Assembly (NCBI RefSeq): GCF_006345805.1
Contig: NC_043006.1
Span: forward strand, 65,906,001-65,970,000
Reading direction: 5' to 3'
Source of the DNA: Octopus sinensis
Lineage: Eukaryota
Length of the DNA stretch: 64,000 nt
The stretch's first letter is position 1, and each line of letters opens with the position of its first letter. The notes beneath the pieces are model-generated. The model searched no databases, had not been told where the DNA came from, and saw only the letters and a program-made list of their open reading frames with translations. This document shows, piece after piece, positions 12,731 to 27,025 of the stretch. A program made the position numbers and the translations under genes.

Positions 12731-14856
12731 TTGCCTTTATTGTAATAATAATTCTACTATAAGTATAAAACCTGAAATTTTGATGGAAGGGGCTAGTTGA
12801 TAGTATTGACTCCAAAAGGCAAAGTTGTCTTCTGCAACGTATTAATAATAACAACAAATATTAATAACAACAAAAAATAACGATAGAGAATGGTATTTAA
12901 TTTCTGTTCAAAAATTTCTTAAAGTTACAATCTCATTTTTGTCAGAGAGAAGGACCACAATGAACATGGTGTCAATGAAATGGAAGGAGAGAGAAAAAAA
13001 AAAAACACTTTAAATAAAATGGATCACATTGCTGCTAATTCTAAACGAATAGACAAATAACGGGTTTGATCCAGTCACCAATGGATCAAACTAGATTCTA
13101 ACAGAAAGTAATATAAATCCACAAAATAAATAAAACCTTAAAGAAAGCCATCTTTCCAGGGAAAACAGTGATTGTATATCAAAACAATAAAAAAAAATCC
13201 TTACTCAAATTTATCAAACAACCAATTAGAACTGAACCAGAGATGAAACCACAAATGAAGTCTAACACAAAAGCCTTTATGGGTGGGTTTTTTTTTTTTT
13301 TGGTTGAGGAAAGCATAAAAAATGTTACAAATGATTAGGGGAGGAAAAAAAATGTATATATATTTACATAATTTATAAATTTTCATTTTGTTTTATTTTT
13401 TCAATTTGAAATTAATGAAATTCAGTAAATTTCAGAAAGTAAATGCATGAGAAATCAACAAAAAAAAAATTACAATAATATAAAAGTCTAAACTGTATTA
13501 ATGATTCAACTAAAATTACCTGAATTGGTTTTAAACATCCACACACACACACACACATTTACTTGTGCATAAGTCATACCCAGTTTTCCAGTTTAAATTA
13601 AATACAAAACAATGTGATTTATATAGGAGTAAATATTGTTTATGATGTTTTAATATTAAATTTTGATTCACATTTGAATAGCAATTTCAGTGGGAAAAAA
13701 AAGAAAAAAATTTGTTCGGTTCAAATATTTCATCCTTTGAAGTTTTCACAAATTGAAATATCAAATTGTCAAATGAAGGGGAACACCTCCACCCTACAAA
13801 ATTATTTTTTTAAAATGTGAAACAAGGAAATGGGGGTTGGAAAAGAATAGCAAACAAAAATTCCATGTTATAGTTCTACCAGAAAATAGGAAATGATGTC
13901 GAAACAGGTACACATAGACACACGTATTTACTTAGCAATTTCACATTAAGCTCATCCATGGGTTCAGGCTATCAGACACAGTACTCCAAAGATTGTTTTA
14001 TTCAAATACATACTCAAAACTATACAAATATCTAGAGTTTCTACATTTATACAAGAAGAATGGAGTGAATAAATCCTTCATTTCATTGATTTACTATCAA
14101 TGAAATGAAGGACTGGTCCACTCCATTTGCCTTTGTTATAATTTTATATATATGACTGCATGGTAAGAAGTTTGCTTCTCAAACCACATGAGTGCAGGTT
14201 CACTCCCCCTGACTGGTACCTTTGGTGAGTGGATTTGGTAACCAAAAGAAATCTGTCAAGTGTGTGTGGCTGTCTTTGCACTTGTCCCCACCCCCCAACC
14301 TCTTGACAAATGACGTTGGTTAGTTTACGTCCCATAACTTAGTGGTTTGGCAAGAGAGGCCAACAGAATAAGTAGCAAGGCTTAAAAAAAAAACAAATTG
14401 GGATTGATTCATTCAATTAAAACCTTTCACTATTAGGAAGGGCATCCAACTGTAGAAACTCTGCCAGATCAGATTGGAACCTGGTGCAACAATCTGGTTC
14501 GCCAGTCCTCAGTCAAATCATCCAACCCATGATAACATGGAAAGCAGATGTTAAACGATGATGATGACGACTACAGCATAGCTGCAATCTAATGACTGAA
14601 ACAACATACACACACACATGCACGGAGTTCAATTTCAATGAAAAAACAGAATATTCACTTAGAAACTCAGAATGAATAAGATGTGAATTACGAAAAAAAA
14701 AACCTATGTCATTAGTTAAACTGTTGGCATTTAAAAAAAATCCTAGAAGTAATATATCCCGGTAAAAGATTTGAAGCACTAGTGACAAATGTTTCCACAA
14801 CAGAATTTTTATAGGGTTGTGTAATATATAACCAACACTTCCTCAGCAGTTGAAAT

Positions 14857-15085
14857 TTAAGCCTTTTGTTACTGTATTTCTGTTGAGATGCTCTGTTTCT
14901 TTCAATTAATTTTCAATATAACAAAGAATTTAGTAAAATAACTTAGTTATCATTAAGCTAGTGTTCGGAACATAGATTGTAACTAAGCTTTGGAGGAAGA
15001 TTTTAATTCAAAACTTATGAAAAACAAGACATTTGTACTACAGAGCCAGCGGCAGTTTCATCCAGGTTGGTACTGATGGGGTTAA
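14857..15085. mobile_element. TTAA-flanked MITE (piggyBac-type ends)
   Basis: Homologous to 41652-41883. Ends TTAAGCCTTT / GGGGTTAA. Confidence 0.6.
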
Positions 15086-18000
15086 ATATATGTTAAAAAC
15101 AGAAGAAAGCTATACAACATTTGATATTAAATGTTGTTGAAGAATATAGAGAATAAAAAACAAAATAAGTGAAAAATAAACATGTATTCTTCTCCAGCAA
15201 TAACATTTGTAGACGTGAATGTTAAATGTAAATGAAGCGTTTCTGGCTGGACAATCATTTGTCCAGGAAAACGAAATAGCACCAGGTTAGTAGAATATGG
15301 TAGAGAGGACAGAATAGTTTCTTTGAGTGTCAAGCATGAGACAGAAAAAACAGTTTAGAATATATATATACATGTGTGTGTGTGTCTGAACAGACAAAAG
15401 AAAGTAGCATCCAATACGTTTGGTTAGAGTTACATGTATTTAATGACAGAGCCACATTAGTCAGATGTTCAGAGACACTGTGTCATACATCCATGAAGCT
15501 TTAAGGTAATGTAGAACTGAAACTGTTATAGCTATATCACAAAACAAGGTGAAGTAAAATAAAGTTCAGAATATATACAGAAACAATCTTCAGAGCAAAG
15601 AACATCAAGTAGAAACTTGGTGCGAGTTTTTAGAGGGAAAAGGGAAGTATTAAGAAACAAATTTTTTAATACAGGTATTGCAAGCTCTCGTAATACCATC
15701 TTTGATGTTCAGATATGATCTGTGAATCATACAGAAACCTACATAATACATCATATTAAATCTAACCTTTCCTTTTTCTGTGAGTGAAATACTTGTCAGT
15801 TTTCACTGAACTATGGAAGAAAAGGAATCCTGCAAAGAACTGTAAACTTTGCATCGAAAAATTTGAAAGGGATCTTTTCTAAAGAGTGAAAAGCTCAGAA
15901 TTATCATTGCACCACTAAAGAAGAAGAAGAACCAAAAATGTTTTATTACACAGATGTTGTTCCATAAACTGAAAGCTCTTTTGTTTAACAACACAAAATG
16001 GCTTTCCTTCATTCTAAAAGGTGTTGTGAATCAACCCTACCCAAGGAAAGTTGAAAGAAACAGGTGACCTGGGCAGAATTGGAAAACAATGTAAACAAGA
16101 GCTAATAATACTGCAAAGTATTTAGGCTGATGCTTGTCCAAATCTGTCATATCCCTAACATTAAGGAAAGAGTTATGTCTACATATGAAGGGTTCTGGAA
16201 TATACTTAAAAAGTTACTGTAGTATAACATCTACAGCTTATGTGGTCGCTGTTTAGCCATAGGCAGACATATTTATAATGTTCACATACATTTATAACCA
16301 ACACCATTATGTTTTTCTTTTGACAAACATTTTGTGTGTGTGTTTAAGATAGTAGGTCGCATGTTTTGAAGGAGATTAAGTTGCTATTTCTAGCAGCTCA
16401 AATGACTATCTAGACCGATGGTTCTATACTCAACCTTTTTAATATCCAGGCCGGACCCAAACCTGGATTTTTTTTTAGGGGGCTGCACCAAAAAAAATAT
16501 ATATATATATGCATATCAATTAAAGGGAAATTTATTATATTTATAGAGAGAAGACTGTTGAGGGCCACCTGAAAGATGCTTGTGGGCTGCATATACAGCC
16601 CTGGGAGCTGCAGTTCAGAACTGCTGGCTGAGACACTCCCTTGATAGCTTCAGCTGTTGTTTATCCCCAGGTCACATCTGATCCAGCAGAAGGCCTCTAA
16701 TGAAAGCATACTAGCCATGATTGCTTTGTTTTTAGGACTACATTATATTATGAGTTGTTTTTTCGAGATTTTGGGAGCTATTTCTAGCACATAGAGGTTC
16801 CTTGTCTCTACAATTTATGTTTTTTGGCAAACAGCGAACAAAAACATGACCTTAAGGTTGACAAAAAGGGAAGGTTAAAGAAGACATAGTCATTGTAATG
16901 GACTAAATTTCAAAACTGGTCAACAATGAAATTGAACTGCATAACTTTACTAACATCAGGAGAAGTATTTGATGGTGATGATGATGGTGATGAAGATGAA
17001 GATGAGATGCAATCTTCTAATCCAAAAAGCTGAAGCAATCCCAAACTATTTGAACAACATAAACATTACAAAAAGATCATTAAAAACCATCCCTAAGAAA
17101 ACAAGACATTATAACTCCAGACACCGAGACGGCAGCACACACCACATCGCAGAAGGAAGGGTTTCCTATCTAAAAATATTGCTCTATGGTGAAGACTATT
17201 TCCCCATTGCTTACCATGCTACTCAAAATTGGTGTAATATAATATGATGGGGAAATGTTAAGGTTTCATGTTACAGCTAGATTTTTGATTCATGCAATGC
17301 TTTCTATAATGCAGGAAATAGAAAGGATATAAAAAAGATAAGCTCCTTCCCAAGTCATACACTCTCGCAAGACTGGTTTCCCATTTTCCATGGCATATAT
17401 ATTCCCTCTTTGGACAGGATGCCAGTCCGTCGCAGGAGTTTTGCCAGCTGAGAAAACTGTTCTTGAGCAAAAAACTTCATTTGATGTTGCTCCATACAGC
17501 ATTGCCCAGTTCAGAAGACTAAAACCCTAACCTGTTGTGTGATATTAGAAAATGATTATATATATTTTTGGCCTCCATTGTTTAGAGATAATGTTCCAAA
17601 AACCATCCAGAAATAAGAAACCCAAATCAAGATCAGAGAGCAGACAAATCAAAATGTGCAAACGCCAAGATTTCTCATCACACCATTTCTCATCACACAG
17701 CCCCCAAAAATTGATATTATTTACAATAACTTGGCTTAAATAGATATTTAAAATGGACTCGTTTTTTAAGCCAGTCTGGTTGAACAGATCTAAGATGATT
17801 GTGTGGTAGTAATTCTGTGTTTGTTTTGCCTTTTTTTTTAAAATTGGTATAGTGCTGTATCAAGGACTACAATTATCTTTTGTGTATCTTTCCTTTTTTT
17901 TTCTTTAAAGACAGACAGAGTTTGTGATAATAGGAAATTCTATGCATTTTGGTATACTATAATTTAGAAACGAGCTTTTGGTCACACTTGTGTTGCATGC

Positions 18001-18523
18001 AATATCATCCAACATTTCAAAGTCTCTTTAGTGTCTCTTCCATTCCAATCATGCGCCTCTACGTTGAATTCAGTTATAGCAACACTCCATTGAAGTTACA
18101 TTTGACAGCAGACGCCTCAGAGACATCTGCAGGAAACTCAAACAAACATATAACAAAGAGGAAGTCATGATTTAAGCATGTCTTCTTTTGGCAATTTCCC
18201 AAGAGCCATATGGAAAATATCGTTTTTTTTGTTGGTTTTGCTCCAGCACCAGAGGGAAGGGGTAGTCACACACACCAATAGCTGAAATTCACCAAATGCA
18301 ATGCAAGATCTATGTGTGTGCGACAGTATCTGACATGAGACAATGGCATGCAAGCTGTCTGCAAATAATGCTAGAAATACAACAGACAGTGAATTATCTG
18401 TGATTGGCACCAGTGAGAAATTGGGACTTCACAATTCTTTGTGTCAACATCTTGCTGAGTTTTTGTGAAGAATAAATATTGTTTGTGAGAGATTGAGGGT
18501 TTGTGTGCAAGCATATACATGCC

Positions 18524-18629
18524 ATATATATATATATACATACACACACACATATATATATATATATACATACACACACACACACATATATATATATATA
18601 CATACACACACACACATATATATATACAT

Positions 18630-18660
<31 letters not shown>

Positions 18661-18677
18661 CATACACACACACACAC

Positions 18678-18773
<96 letters not shown>

Positions 18774-18808
18774 CATACACACACACACACACATATATAT
18801 ATATACAT

Positions 18809-18843
<35 letters not shown>

Positions 18844-18846
18844 CAT

Positions 18847-18879
<33 letters not shown>

Positions 18880-19390
18880 CATACACACACACATACACAT
18901 ATATATATATATATATATACATACACACACATACACATATATATATATATATACATACACACACATACACATATATATATATATATACATACACACACAT
19001 ACACACATATATATATATATATATACATACACACACATACACACACATATATATATATACATACACACACATACACACATATATATATATACATACACAC
19101 ACATACACATATATATATATATATATATATACATACACACATATATATATATATATACATACACACATATATATATATATACATATACATACACACACAC
19201 ACACACATATATATATACATATACATACACACACATATATATATACATACACACACACACATATATATATATACATACACACACACACACATATATATAT
19301 ATACATACACACACACACACATATATATATACACACACACACACATATATATATATATACACACACACACACATATATATATATATACAT

Positions 19391-19423
<33 letters not shown>

Positions 19424-19424
19424 C

Positions 19425-19455
<31 letters not shown>

Positions 19456-19518
19456 CATACACACACATATATACACATATATATATATACATACACACAC
19501 ATATATATATATATACAT

Positions 19519-19557
<39 letters not shown>

Positions 19558-19581
19558 CATACACACACATATATATATATA
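18524..19581. repeat. ~1.06 kb compound (TA)n(CA)n microsatellite
   Basis: Alternating AT/AC blocks that account for the six spurious long ORFs here. Confidence 0.97.
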
Positions 19582-19921
19582 AAGACATTTAAAAGCACTT
19601 ACACAAACTGATAAAAGAAAACACAACCATCCCTTTTTCCTTCTGTTTTAGATTGTGCTCATAGATGTCTTATATTTTAATCAGTCATAAACATATATAT
19701 GTGTGTGTGTGTGTGTGTGCATAGACATAAAAATATACACAAATGTTAGTTGTGTGCGTTTGCTTTTGTTATTGTTTGTGAATGTCAACTTAGATGCATG
19801 TTTATATGGGTGGCTGTATGTATGTATGTAACAATGTTCAAAACTGTATGTGTATGAGAGTAACAGCCTTAAATTAATGAGGTTTTTCTCAGGCCAGTTC
19901 CTCAGTCTTGCTTATTTCAGT

Positions 19922-21057
19922 CTAAGATTTCTGTGCTGTCTTCTTGTTCTTGCTGTTGGCTGCTGGTGACTCATCAGCCTTAAAAATCACCTTTTTCTTC
20001 AACTTTAATTTTTCCATTTTTTCTTCATATTCAAATATAAGTCGAGCCAGTTGAGACCGGTTTGCCAATGCCTCCAGCCGACGAATCCTGCATCGCTCAT
20101 AGATGTATTTTGGTGATGACTGTATGCAGCTGATTGTTTTGTAGCGGTGCTTCAGCGTTGGTTCGATTGCACGCAACACATGGACTTTTTTGTGTTTGAG
20201 GAACATTCTGAATAGATCATAGTTATTTACTTCTTTTGAAGGGATGCTTTTGCGAGCTTCCTGGTAGTCCTTGTTGTAGAAGCTGCTGTGTTCATAGGAA
20301 TACACATCAAAGTGGCCGACATTTCTCTTGAGGTCAATTGACGTAGGGTACGGTCGCTTGTCGTAAATCAAGTTTGGTTTGTATTGCCAGAAACCAATTG
20401 GGAAGAACACTTGCCAATTTAGGATGCTGTTCATACGAACACGGTTGAAAAACTCTGTTGCTAGGTCCATGCCAACTGTTGACAAAAGTAGTAGGGACTC
20501 TGGTAGGAAATGTTGTGAGACAGAATCCATTAACATTAAATCAGGGACATATATGCTGGCAGTTTCGTAGTTCACCCATCTGATTTTCTCTTTATGGTAT
20601 TTATTGTTATAGTATGTGATCATTGATTTAAGTACGTAGAACTTATCTTCATCCAACAAGTGTGAGTTGTTCTTGTAAATGAATACAATTAGCAGGTTGG
20701 TGTTGTCGCCAGCATCCAGGCAGTTCTGTGCATAAGAGTCCAGAAAGCTACCCAACTCATTTTTGTCCTCGTCTGACACTGGCAAGATAAGATTCACCTG
20801 TGTGTTCTCTGTTACGTAGGGCATAGGGATGATTTCCACGTGGCCCAGTGGACGCACCATGTGAAGACGTTTTTCAATGGTTTTCTTTTCAATGTTGTCA
20901 ACCAGTGCAAAATCAACAATGTACTCCATTCCCCGATATGGATCGAATCGACGGTAACCATTGACCAAGCGTGAGAATGAGTAGCGTTTCTTGTACTTCT
21001 TGGCCAGTTTATCTTGTGCTAATTTGATGACTTCATTGACATCAAGTTTATTGACTC
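19922..21057 (-). CDS. CHPF: Chondroitin polymerizing factor (CHPF/chondroitin synthase-2 type), terminal exon
   Basis: TTCTTCTTGCAG| acceptor at 21060-21058, phase 1. LVNGYRRFDPYRGMEY, RPLGHVEIIPMPYVTE and QVFFPI motifs characteristic of CHPF/CHPF2. TAG at 19922-19924. Confidence 0.95.
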
Positions 21058-21315
21058 CTGCAAGAAGAAAAAGTACAGAAATGAAGGAAACAGCATCAAA
21101 ATGATAAGAAAAAGACAGACAAAAGAAAGAAAGATGAGACATGTTTTATTTATTAGACAGGTAATGAAGGAAGATGGGGAAGTGGCTATGATATTTGGGG
21201 CACTGCTGCCAAAGTGATGTGGGTATTATTGTACTAGCTGCCAAAGCATTGACAGGGATAGAATTCCAGAAGAGATTGTTTTGAAGAAAAGGGATTTGGA
21301 GAACAGTTTGGTTTG

Positions 21316-21722
21316 TGTAGTAAAGATTGTTTGCCAACATAACATGGCAGTCCTGGTTTAGGACGAATGTTGCTGTAATTTAGCTCCAGGAGACATCGTC
21401 TCCAGCTGGCTATATGACATGATCTGTGTCCTTATATTTTCAAACAAAGGAATCTAGCATCCCCACTCAGCTCAGAACAATATCTGTGTATTTTATATCT
21501 GTGTAATTATTCTGTGCTGATGAAGGGAAATAACCCAGAAATCATGATACACAGATATTGTTTTGAGCTGAGTGAGGATGCTAGATTCCCTTGTTCGAAA
21601 ATAAAAGGATACAGATGGTGTCATATAGCCAGCTGGAGACGATGTCTCCCGGGGCTAAATTACAGCAACATTAGTCCTAAACCAGGACTGCCATGTTATG
21701 TTGGCAAACAATCTTTACTACA
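21316..21722. mobile_element. Long palindromic element (176-bp arms) with a central hammerhead motif
   Basis: 21316-21491 is the reverse complement of 21547-21722 (about 10 mismatches). A second copy lacking the centre is at 58030-58324. Confidence 0.85.
21511..21555 (+). ncRNA. Type I minimal hammerhead ribozyme motif
   Basis: Stem I TCTGTG/CACAGA; core CTGATGA; A; stem II GGG-AAATAA-CCC; A; GAAA; palindromic stem III TCATGA; predicted cut AUA after 21549. The 10.1/11.1 position is an A.A mismatch. Confidence 0.7.
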
Positions 21723-22100
21723 AGGTATTCTTGCTGAATATCTCCTGCTGTGAGATTTTAAAATAGTAATTTACTAGTTTGGTTAGTGTTAAATGTAAGT
21801 ATATAATGTGTAAAGACTGATAATTCAAGAGTGCTGAGATGAGAAAATTAGGTACTGTAGTTCTGATCTAGTACATGTGAACTGCATCAGAAAGAGCAAA
21901 AGCGGTAGAGATAAACAAAAGAATACCCAGAGTACAGTAACAAATAACACAAACAAACAAAAAATGAAATAATAGAAGAAAATAAAAGGGAACATATTCA
22001 TGGAAGAATAAAACAGGTTGTGTGTGGGTAGGCATCTTTCACCAATCCATCCACACCCTGTTGCACCGCCACCACCACAAAACATGTTTGTATAGTTTAC

Positions 22101-22214
22101 CTGAAAGAACTTTCTCGTTTGAATAATCATTATCAAAATACAGGTGTGTAGCTGTGAAGTATTGCCAATGTATGACATCAAAACGATTCTTTGGCTTGAA
22201 TGGCTCTGGCACAC
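22101..22214 (-). CDS. CHPF: CHPF exon (GVPEPFKPKNRFDVIHWQYFTATHLYFDNDYSNEKVLSG)
   Basis: TTTTTCAG| acceptor, |GTAAAC donor, 114 nt, phase 1/1. RFDVIHWQYFT matches the CHPF RFEV..WDYFT motif. Confidence 0.93.
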
Positions 22215-24154
22215 CTGAAAAACAAATTAAATAAAAAGAAAATATTCAATTCAATTAAACAATAGCAGCAGTAGTAGTAGTAATGGTAAAAATAGTAGTA
22301 TTTATTTCTCCTAGTTTTTATGGTACATTATTGTGAACAATAGTGTTAGCAATCAAATTCCTTGGAAACCTTTCACCGAGTGGGTCACAGTATTTAATAA
22401 CAACAGCAGAAGCTGCAGGGAAAACATCTGTGCAGCTCAGCTTAAACTCATTTTTTTTTTATATATATACCCAGCCCTTTTCCCCATTTTTTTAGGAGAG
22501 GGTAGTCACAAGACACACACCAGGCATTCCATTCATCTCCCATCTCAGAAAGAGGAGCCCTATTCTATGCTTGGGTCAAGGCATAGAATGCAACCCACTG
22601 AAAGGAAAAAAGGTAAAGTTGACCTTGGCAGAATTTGAACTCAGAATGTGCAGATGGACGAAATACCGCTAAGCATTTTACCCGGTGTGCAAACAATTCT
22701 GCCAGCTCACTGCCTTCAATAATAATAATATTTTCTACTCTAGGCACAAGGCCTGAAATTTGGAGGGAAGGGACTAGTCGATTACATCAACCCCAGTGTT
22801 TCACTGGTACTTATTTAATCAACCCCGAAAGGATGAAAAGCAAAGTCAACCTCAGCGGAATCTGAACTCAGAACATAATGGTAGACGAAATACTGCTAAG
22901 CATTTAGCCTAGCATGCTAACGATTCTGCCAGCTCGCTGCCTTAATAATAATAATAACAACAATGATAACTATGTCTTTTTTGCCCCTTTTTTCTGAAAT
23001 TAAAAATAAACATAGAGGACAAATATATCTTTGGAAAAATATTGAGAAATTCTTCATATATAGTCTTGGAAAGAGAGATAACCAAAAAGTAGGGACTGGA
23101 AACAGAAATAACCTGCATATTAACACATGAGAACAGCATCACAAAGCACTACACACACACACACACAAACACTACATAGAATAGTTTGGGACTTAGAACA
23201 TATGGAAAATAGCACCAGTAGGTATTGTGCAGATATTATGTAGAGTCCTTTCATCATCACCATTTAAAGTCCACTGTGCCATTCTTGCATGGGTCAGGTA
23301 GAACTTGTTGAGGCAGATTTTTTGCAGCTAGACAAAGTCATTCCTATCACCAGCCTTTATCTGCTTCCAAGCAAGGAAATGTCTCCCCCATGGCCAGACA
23401 TGTGTTTGCAGAATATTGGAAATGACATTGCACGTTTGGCAGTGACACTCCTTTACAACAATCATGCAAGGAGACACAAACACACACATATATACACATG
23501 TATACACCTGATGGGCTTCTTTGAGTTTCTACTGACCATATCCGCTTATAAGGCTTTGGTCAGCCTGGGGCTATAGCGAAAACACTTATCTAAGGTGTCC
23601 TGCAATGGAACTGATCCGAAAACCATGTGGTTGGGAAGCAAGCTATGCCAAATCCTATAAGCCATGCCTGCACCACAAAAGGATAAAATAAAAAATAAAA
23701 TCCTAAGACAACACATAACCAAGCCACAGATAGCTGCATGTTGTGGAAGCATACAATGAGACAACAACAACGACAAAAGCATTGCAGGAGGAAAGGGAGG
23801 AGGAAGAGGAGAAAAAAGAAGAGCAGCAAGTCACAACCAAATCCAAACTTTGTTTTGAGTCTTCTATGTCTTGATTTATGTACAAAACAGAATATCATTG
23901 TGATCTCACAAAAGAAAAACCCCAAAAAACAAACAAACAAACAAACTAACAATTAAAAATAGAACAACAACGACCATGACCAACAACACAAAGAATGTCT
24001 ACTGGCTTAGAAATTAATAAGAAATACCTTGAAGTTAGTTTAATGTGAACCATGAAATGAAATGCAAGAAGTTCATAAGTGTTGGGTCTTCTTTGCTCTT
24101 ATTTACCTCTTATTTAAAAAACAACAAAACCCTGATTGCTTTTGGTCTTGATTA

Positions 24155-24515
24155 TTACCTCTGCCTTAGTGAAGGCAGAGGTACTGTTTTCTGTCATGTT
24201 TGTTTGTCTGTGGACAGGATGTCTCAAGAACTGCAGGATATATTCAGATGAAACTTTCAGGGATGTTTGGCCTCGTGACTGGCACAAACTGATTAGATTT
24301 TGGGATTGATCCGATATGGGATGAGGATTCTGGATTATTTTTCCTGTTTTTTACTTAATTTTTCAAAGTGATTGGAATCATTTTTAGTATTTTCGTTTGA
24401 CAGCAGCTGAGTTTATTTCAGATACTCTCATTCTAAAAATCATCTTTGGCTAATCGTTGAGAGGACATTGGTGTTGCCTTGGTGGAGGTTTGCGCTCTCT
24501 GAGTGCTCTTGTTGA
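24155..24515 (-). mobile_element. ~360-bp non-autonomous repeat with 3' GC hairpin (Helitron/Helentron DINE-like, inferred)
   Basis: Homologous copies at 42645-42995 and 59255-59610 (+). The latter ends in the hairpin ACCTCCGC-CTTTGCTAAA-GCGGAGGT. Confidence 0.6.
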
Positions 24516-25326
24516 GAATATAGTATGAAATATGAGGCAATGACAGACCAATGAGGAATACTTAGCTGTGTTGAGGGTTTAAGAGGGGGAGGGCCACATA
24601 GCACAGTGGTTAAGGTAATAAAACATATACATACAAATTATAAAAATAATAAAAACAATATACAGTACATTACTGTTTCTACTTTGCAGATTTTCACCTA
24701 TCATGGAGGGTTTTGGAATGTAACACCCATGATAGTTGAGGGATTACTGAACATTGTTCCATATGTCCTTCCTATTCTAAAGATGGTAAGAGCTGAAGTG
24801 AGGGAGATCTGGTTGCTATTACTACTGGATCAGGCCATGATAAACATTCTGTCATAGCTTGAGTATTAGAAGTAGCAATGGTGGGTGTAGTGAAAGAAGT
24901 GCTTAGAAACATGAAAATGTAGAAGGACCATTGTGAAAAAAAAAAAAAATAAGGCAACACTAAATAAAAAGAATAAACAGATAAAGCAAATAAAGGAAAC
25001 TAAAAAAGTAAATATTTACAAAGTGTAAAAAAAACAAGTTTTAAATATGACAACTGAACTGAAAAATTAAAAATAAATAAATAAAAAGACAGATAAATAA
25101 AAGTTAGAGAAATACTGTTGAACAAATACCAGTAGACTGTAAAAGGATACTATTTGTTACATTAGAGTGCAAGACTTGGGAGTGAACACAGAAATTCAAG
25201 TTCTGATCTTAGCAGAAGAATAAATTCTTTCTCTCTCACACATACACAATAAGTACAAAAACCAACAATGACAAAAATACAACATACAAAGAAGGGCTAT
25301 TCTTGCAGTAAAGGAGTGTGAAAGTA

Positions 25327-25544
25327 CAGTCATCCCTCACCGTATCACGATTCACCTGTTGCGGTTTATTATATTATTATATGTCGATGCTCCATGGTGC
25401 TGTTTTGCATTTATAATAAAATAAATATGTACAAATCATAAAAATAGAAAAAAAAATATACAGTATAGTACTGTTTCTACTCAGATTTTCACCTATTGCA
25501 GGGGTTTATGGAATGTAACACCCGTGATAGTCGAGGGATTACTG
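25327..25544. mobile_element. Tc1/mariner (Tigger-like) MITE
   Basis: TA-CAGTCATCCCTC...GAGGGATTACTG-TA. A partial second copy is at about 24660-24749. Confidence 0.75.
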
Positions 25545-25793
25545 TACTAAGTTTGGTATGTATGTGTATGTATGAATTGTGTTATATATAATATGGGCGC
25601 TTACGTGAGTAAGAGGGTATGTATATGTGTGTTCAGTAAAGTCCCTTTGAAGAGTAAAGTCTCTGGGTTGGTCTCTTAGAGTGATTTTAGAACTAGCCTT
25701 TTTGCTTGTTGCAAAATTAGCGACTGTATTTGCTTGAAATTATATATATTGCAAGCAGAAGCGAGCTGCTGTTATCTCTAGCAGACGAGGTGT

Positions 25794-25843
25794 CCAGTAC
25801 TGAAGAGAGGCAGAAATAGCTCTAAACCAGGCTGGTCTGCAGG
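25794..25843 (+). ncRNA. Degenerate Type I hammerhead motif
   Basis: CCAGTA CTGAAGA GAG-GCAGAAATAG-CTC TAAA CCAGGCTGG TC TGCAGG. All helices are present but GAAA reads TAAA, so it is probably inactive. Confidence 0.55.
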
Positions 25844-26096
25844 TCCCGTCCCTAAAAGGTGGTAGGGGTTCATTCCCCTACTCACAATATATTGGATGCA
25901 GCTGTGCATTGTTAACCAGCTGGAGGAGATGTTCTTTTGGGGTTAAAATTTTTTAGTAAAGGTCATTTGAATGGATAGCCATGTTAAAGTAGCTACAAAC
26001 ATATATATACATATACATATACATATATACATATACATATACATATATATATACATATATATACATATACATATATATACATATACATATATATAC

Positions 26097-26128
<32 letters not shown>

Positions 26129-26239
26129 ATATACATATATACATATATATATAATATACATATACATATATACATTACATATACATATACATATATATAC
26201 ATATACAATATACATATACATACATATACATATATATAC

Positions 26240-26284
<45 letters not shown>

Positions 26285-26299
26285 ATATGTGTATGTATA

Positions 26300-27025
26300 T
26301 ATATTTATTGACATCAGATGTCGTGCACAAGAGATGGATGAATGCCAATCTCTAACTGTGGAGGGAACCTGTGATAGAGGCAGACCCAGGAAGACATGGG
26401 AGGAAGTGGTGAAGCATGATCTTTGCACTTTGAGCCTCACAGAGGCAATGACTAGTGACTGAGATCTTTGGCAACATGCTGTGCTTCAGAAGACTCGTCA
26501 AGCAAAGTGAAATTGTAGTCATGGCTGATGTTAGTGTTACACAATTGGCACTCATGCTGGAGGCAGGTAAAGAGCACCGTTGGAGCATTGTGCCTCATGG
26601 AGGCAAAGAGGCTGAGTTCCTTTCAAGTGTTGGGCCACACAGAGGCAAAGCAGATGAGTTCCTTTCAAGTGTTGGGCTTCATGGAGGCAAAATGGCTGAG
26701 TTCCTTTTGAGAGTTGGGCCTCACGGAGGCAAAGTGGCTGAGTTCTTTTCAAGTGTTGGGCCTCACAGAGACAATGACCAAGACCTTTGGCATTACATTG
26801 TGCTTGAGAAGAAGACACATCAAGCAAAGAAAAATCGTAGTCATGACAGATACTGGTGTCATGAAAATGGCACCCATTACACTCTCAGAGTAGTTGGCAT
26901 TAGGAAGAGCATCCAATCATAGAAAACCATGCCAAATCAGACTGGAGTCTGGTGTAGCCTTCCAGCCCGGGCCAAAATGTCCAACCCATGCCACCATGGA
27001 CAATGGCCGTTGAATGATGATGACT
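26300..27025 (+). mobile_element. RTE-clade LINE 3' end with 42-nt tandem repeats (26592-26771) in the 3' UTR
   Basis: Peptide [20 protein letters not shown], four-plus copies of a 42-nt unit, and the (GAT)n tail shared with 2555-3850. Confidence 0.8.

Noticed and set aside
14785-14850. CTGAGGA...GAAACATTTGTC on the minus strand
   Set aside because: No stem I or stem II complementarity, so not a hammerhead.
18371-19626. Six long ORFs of 359-410 aa
   Set aside because: Translations of the (TA)n(CA)n microsatellite. The same applies to the ORFs at 25943-26247, 60636-60937 and 63115-63810.
21825-22214. 129-aa ORF from the track
   Set aside because: The real exon (22101-22214) is read in a different frame, so the ORF is an artefact.
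26455-26922. 155-aa ORF with 14-aa repeats
   Set aside because: Reading through the 42-nt repeats of an RTE 3' UTR. No evidence of a gene.
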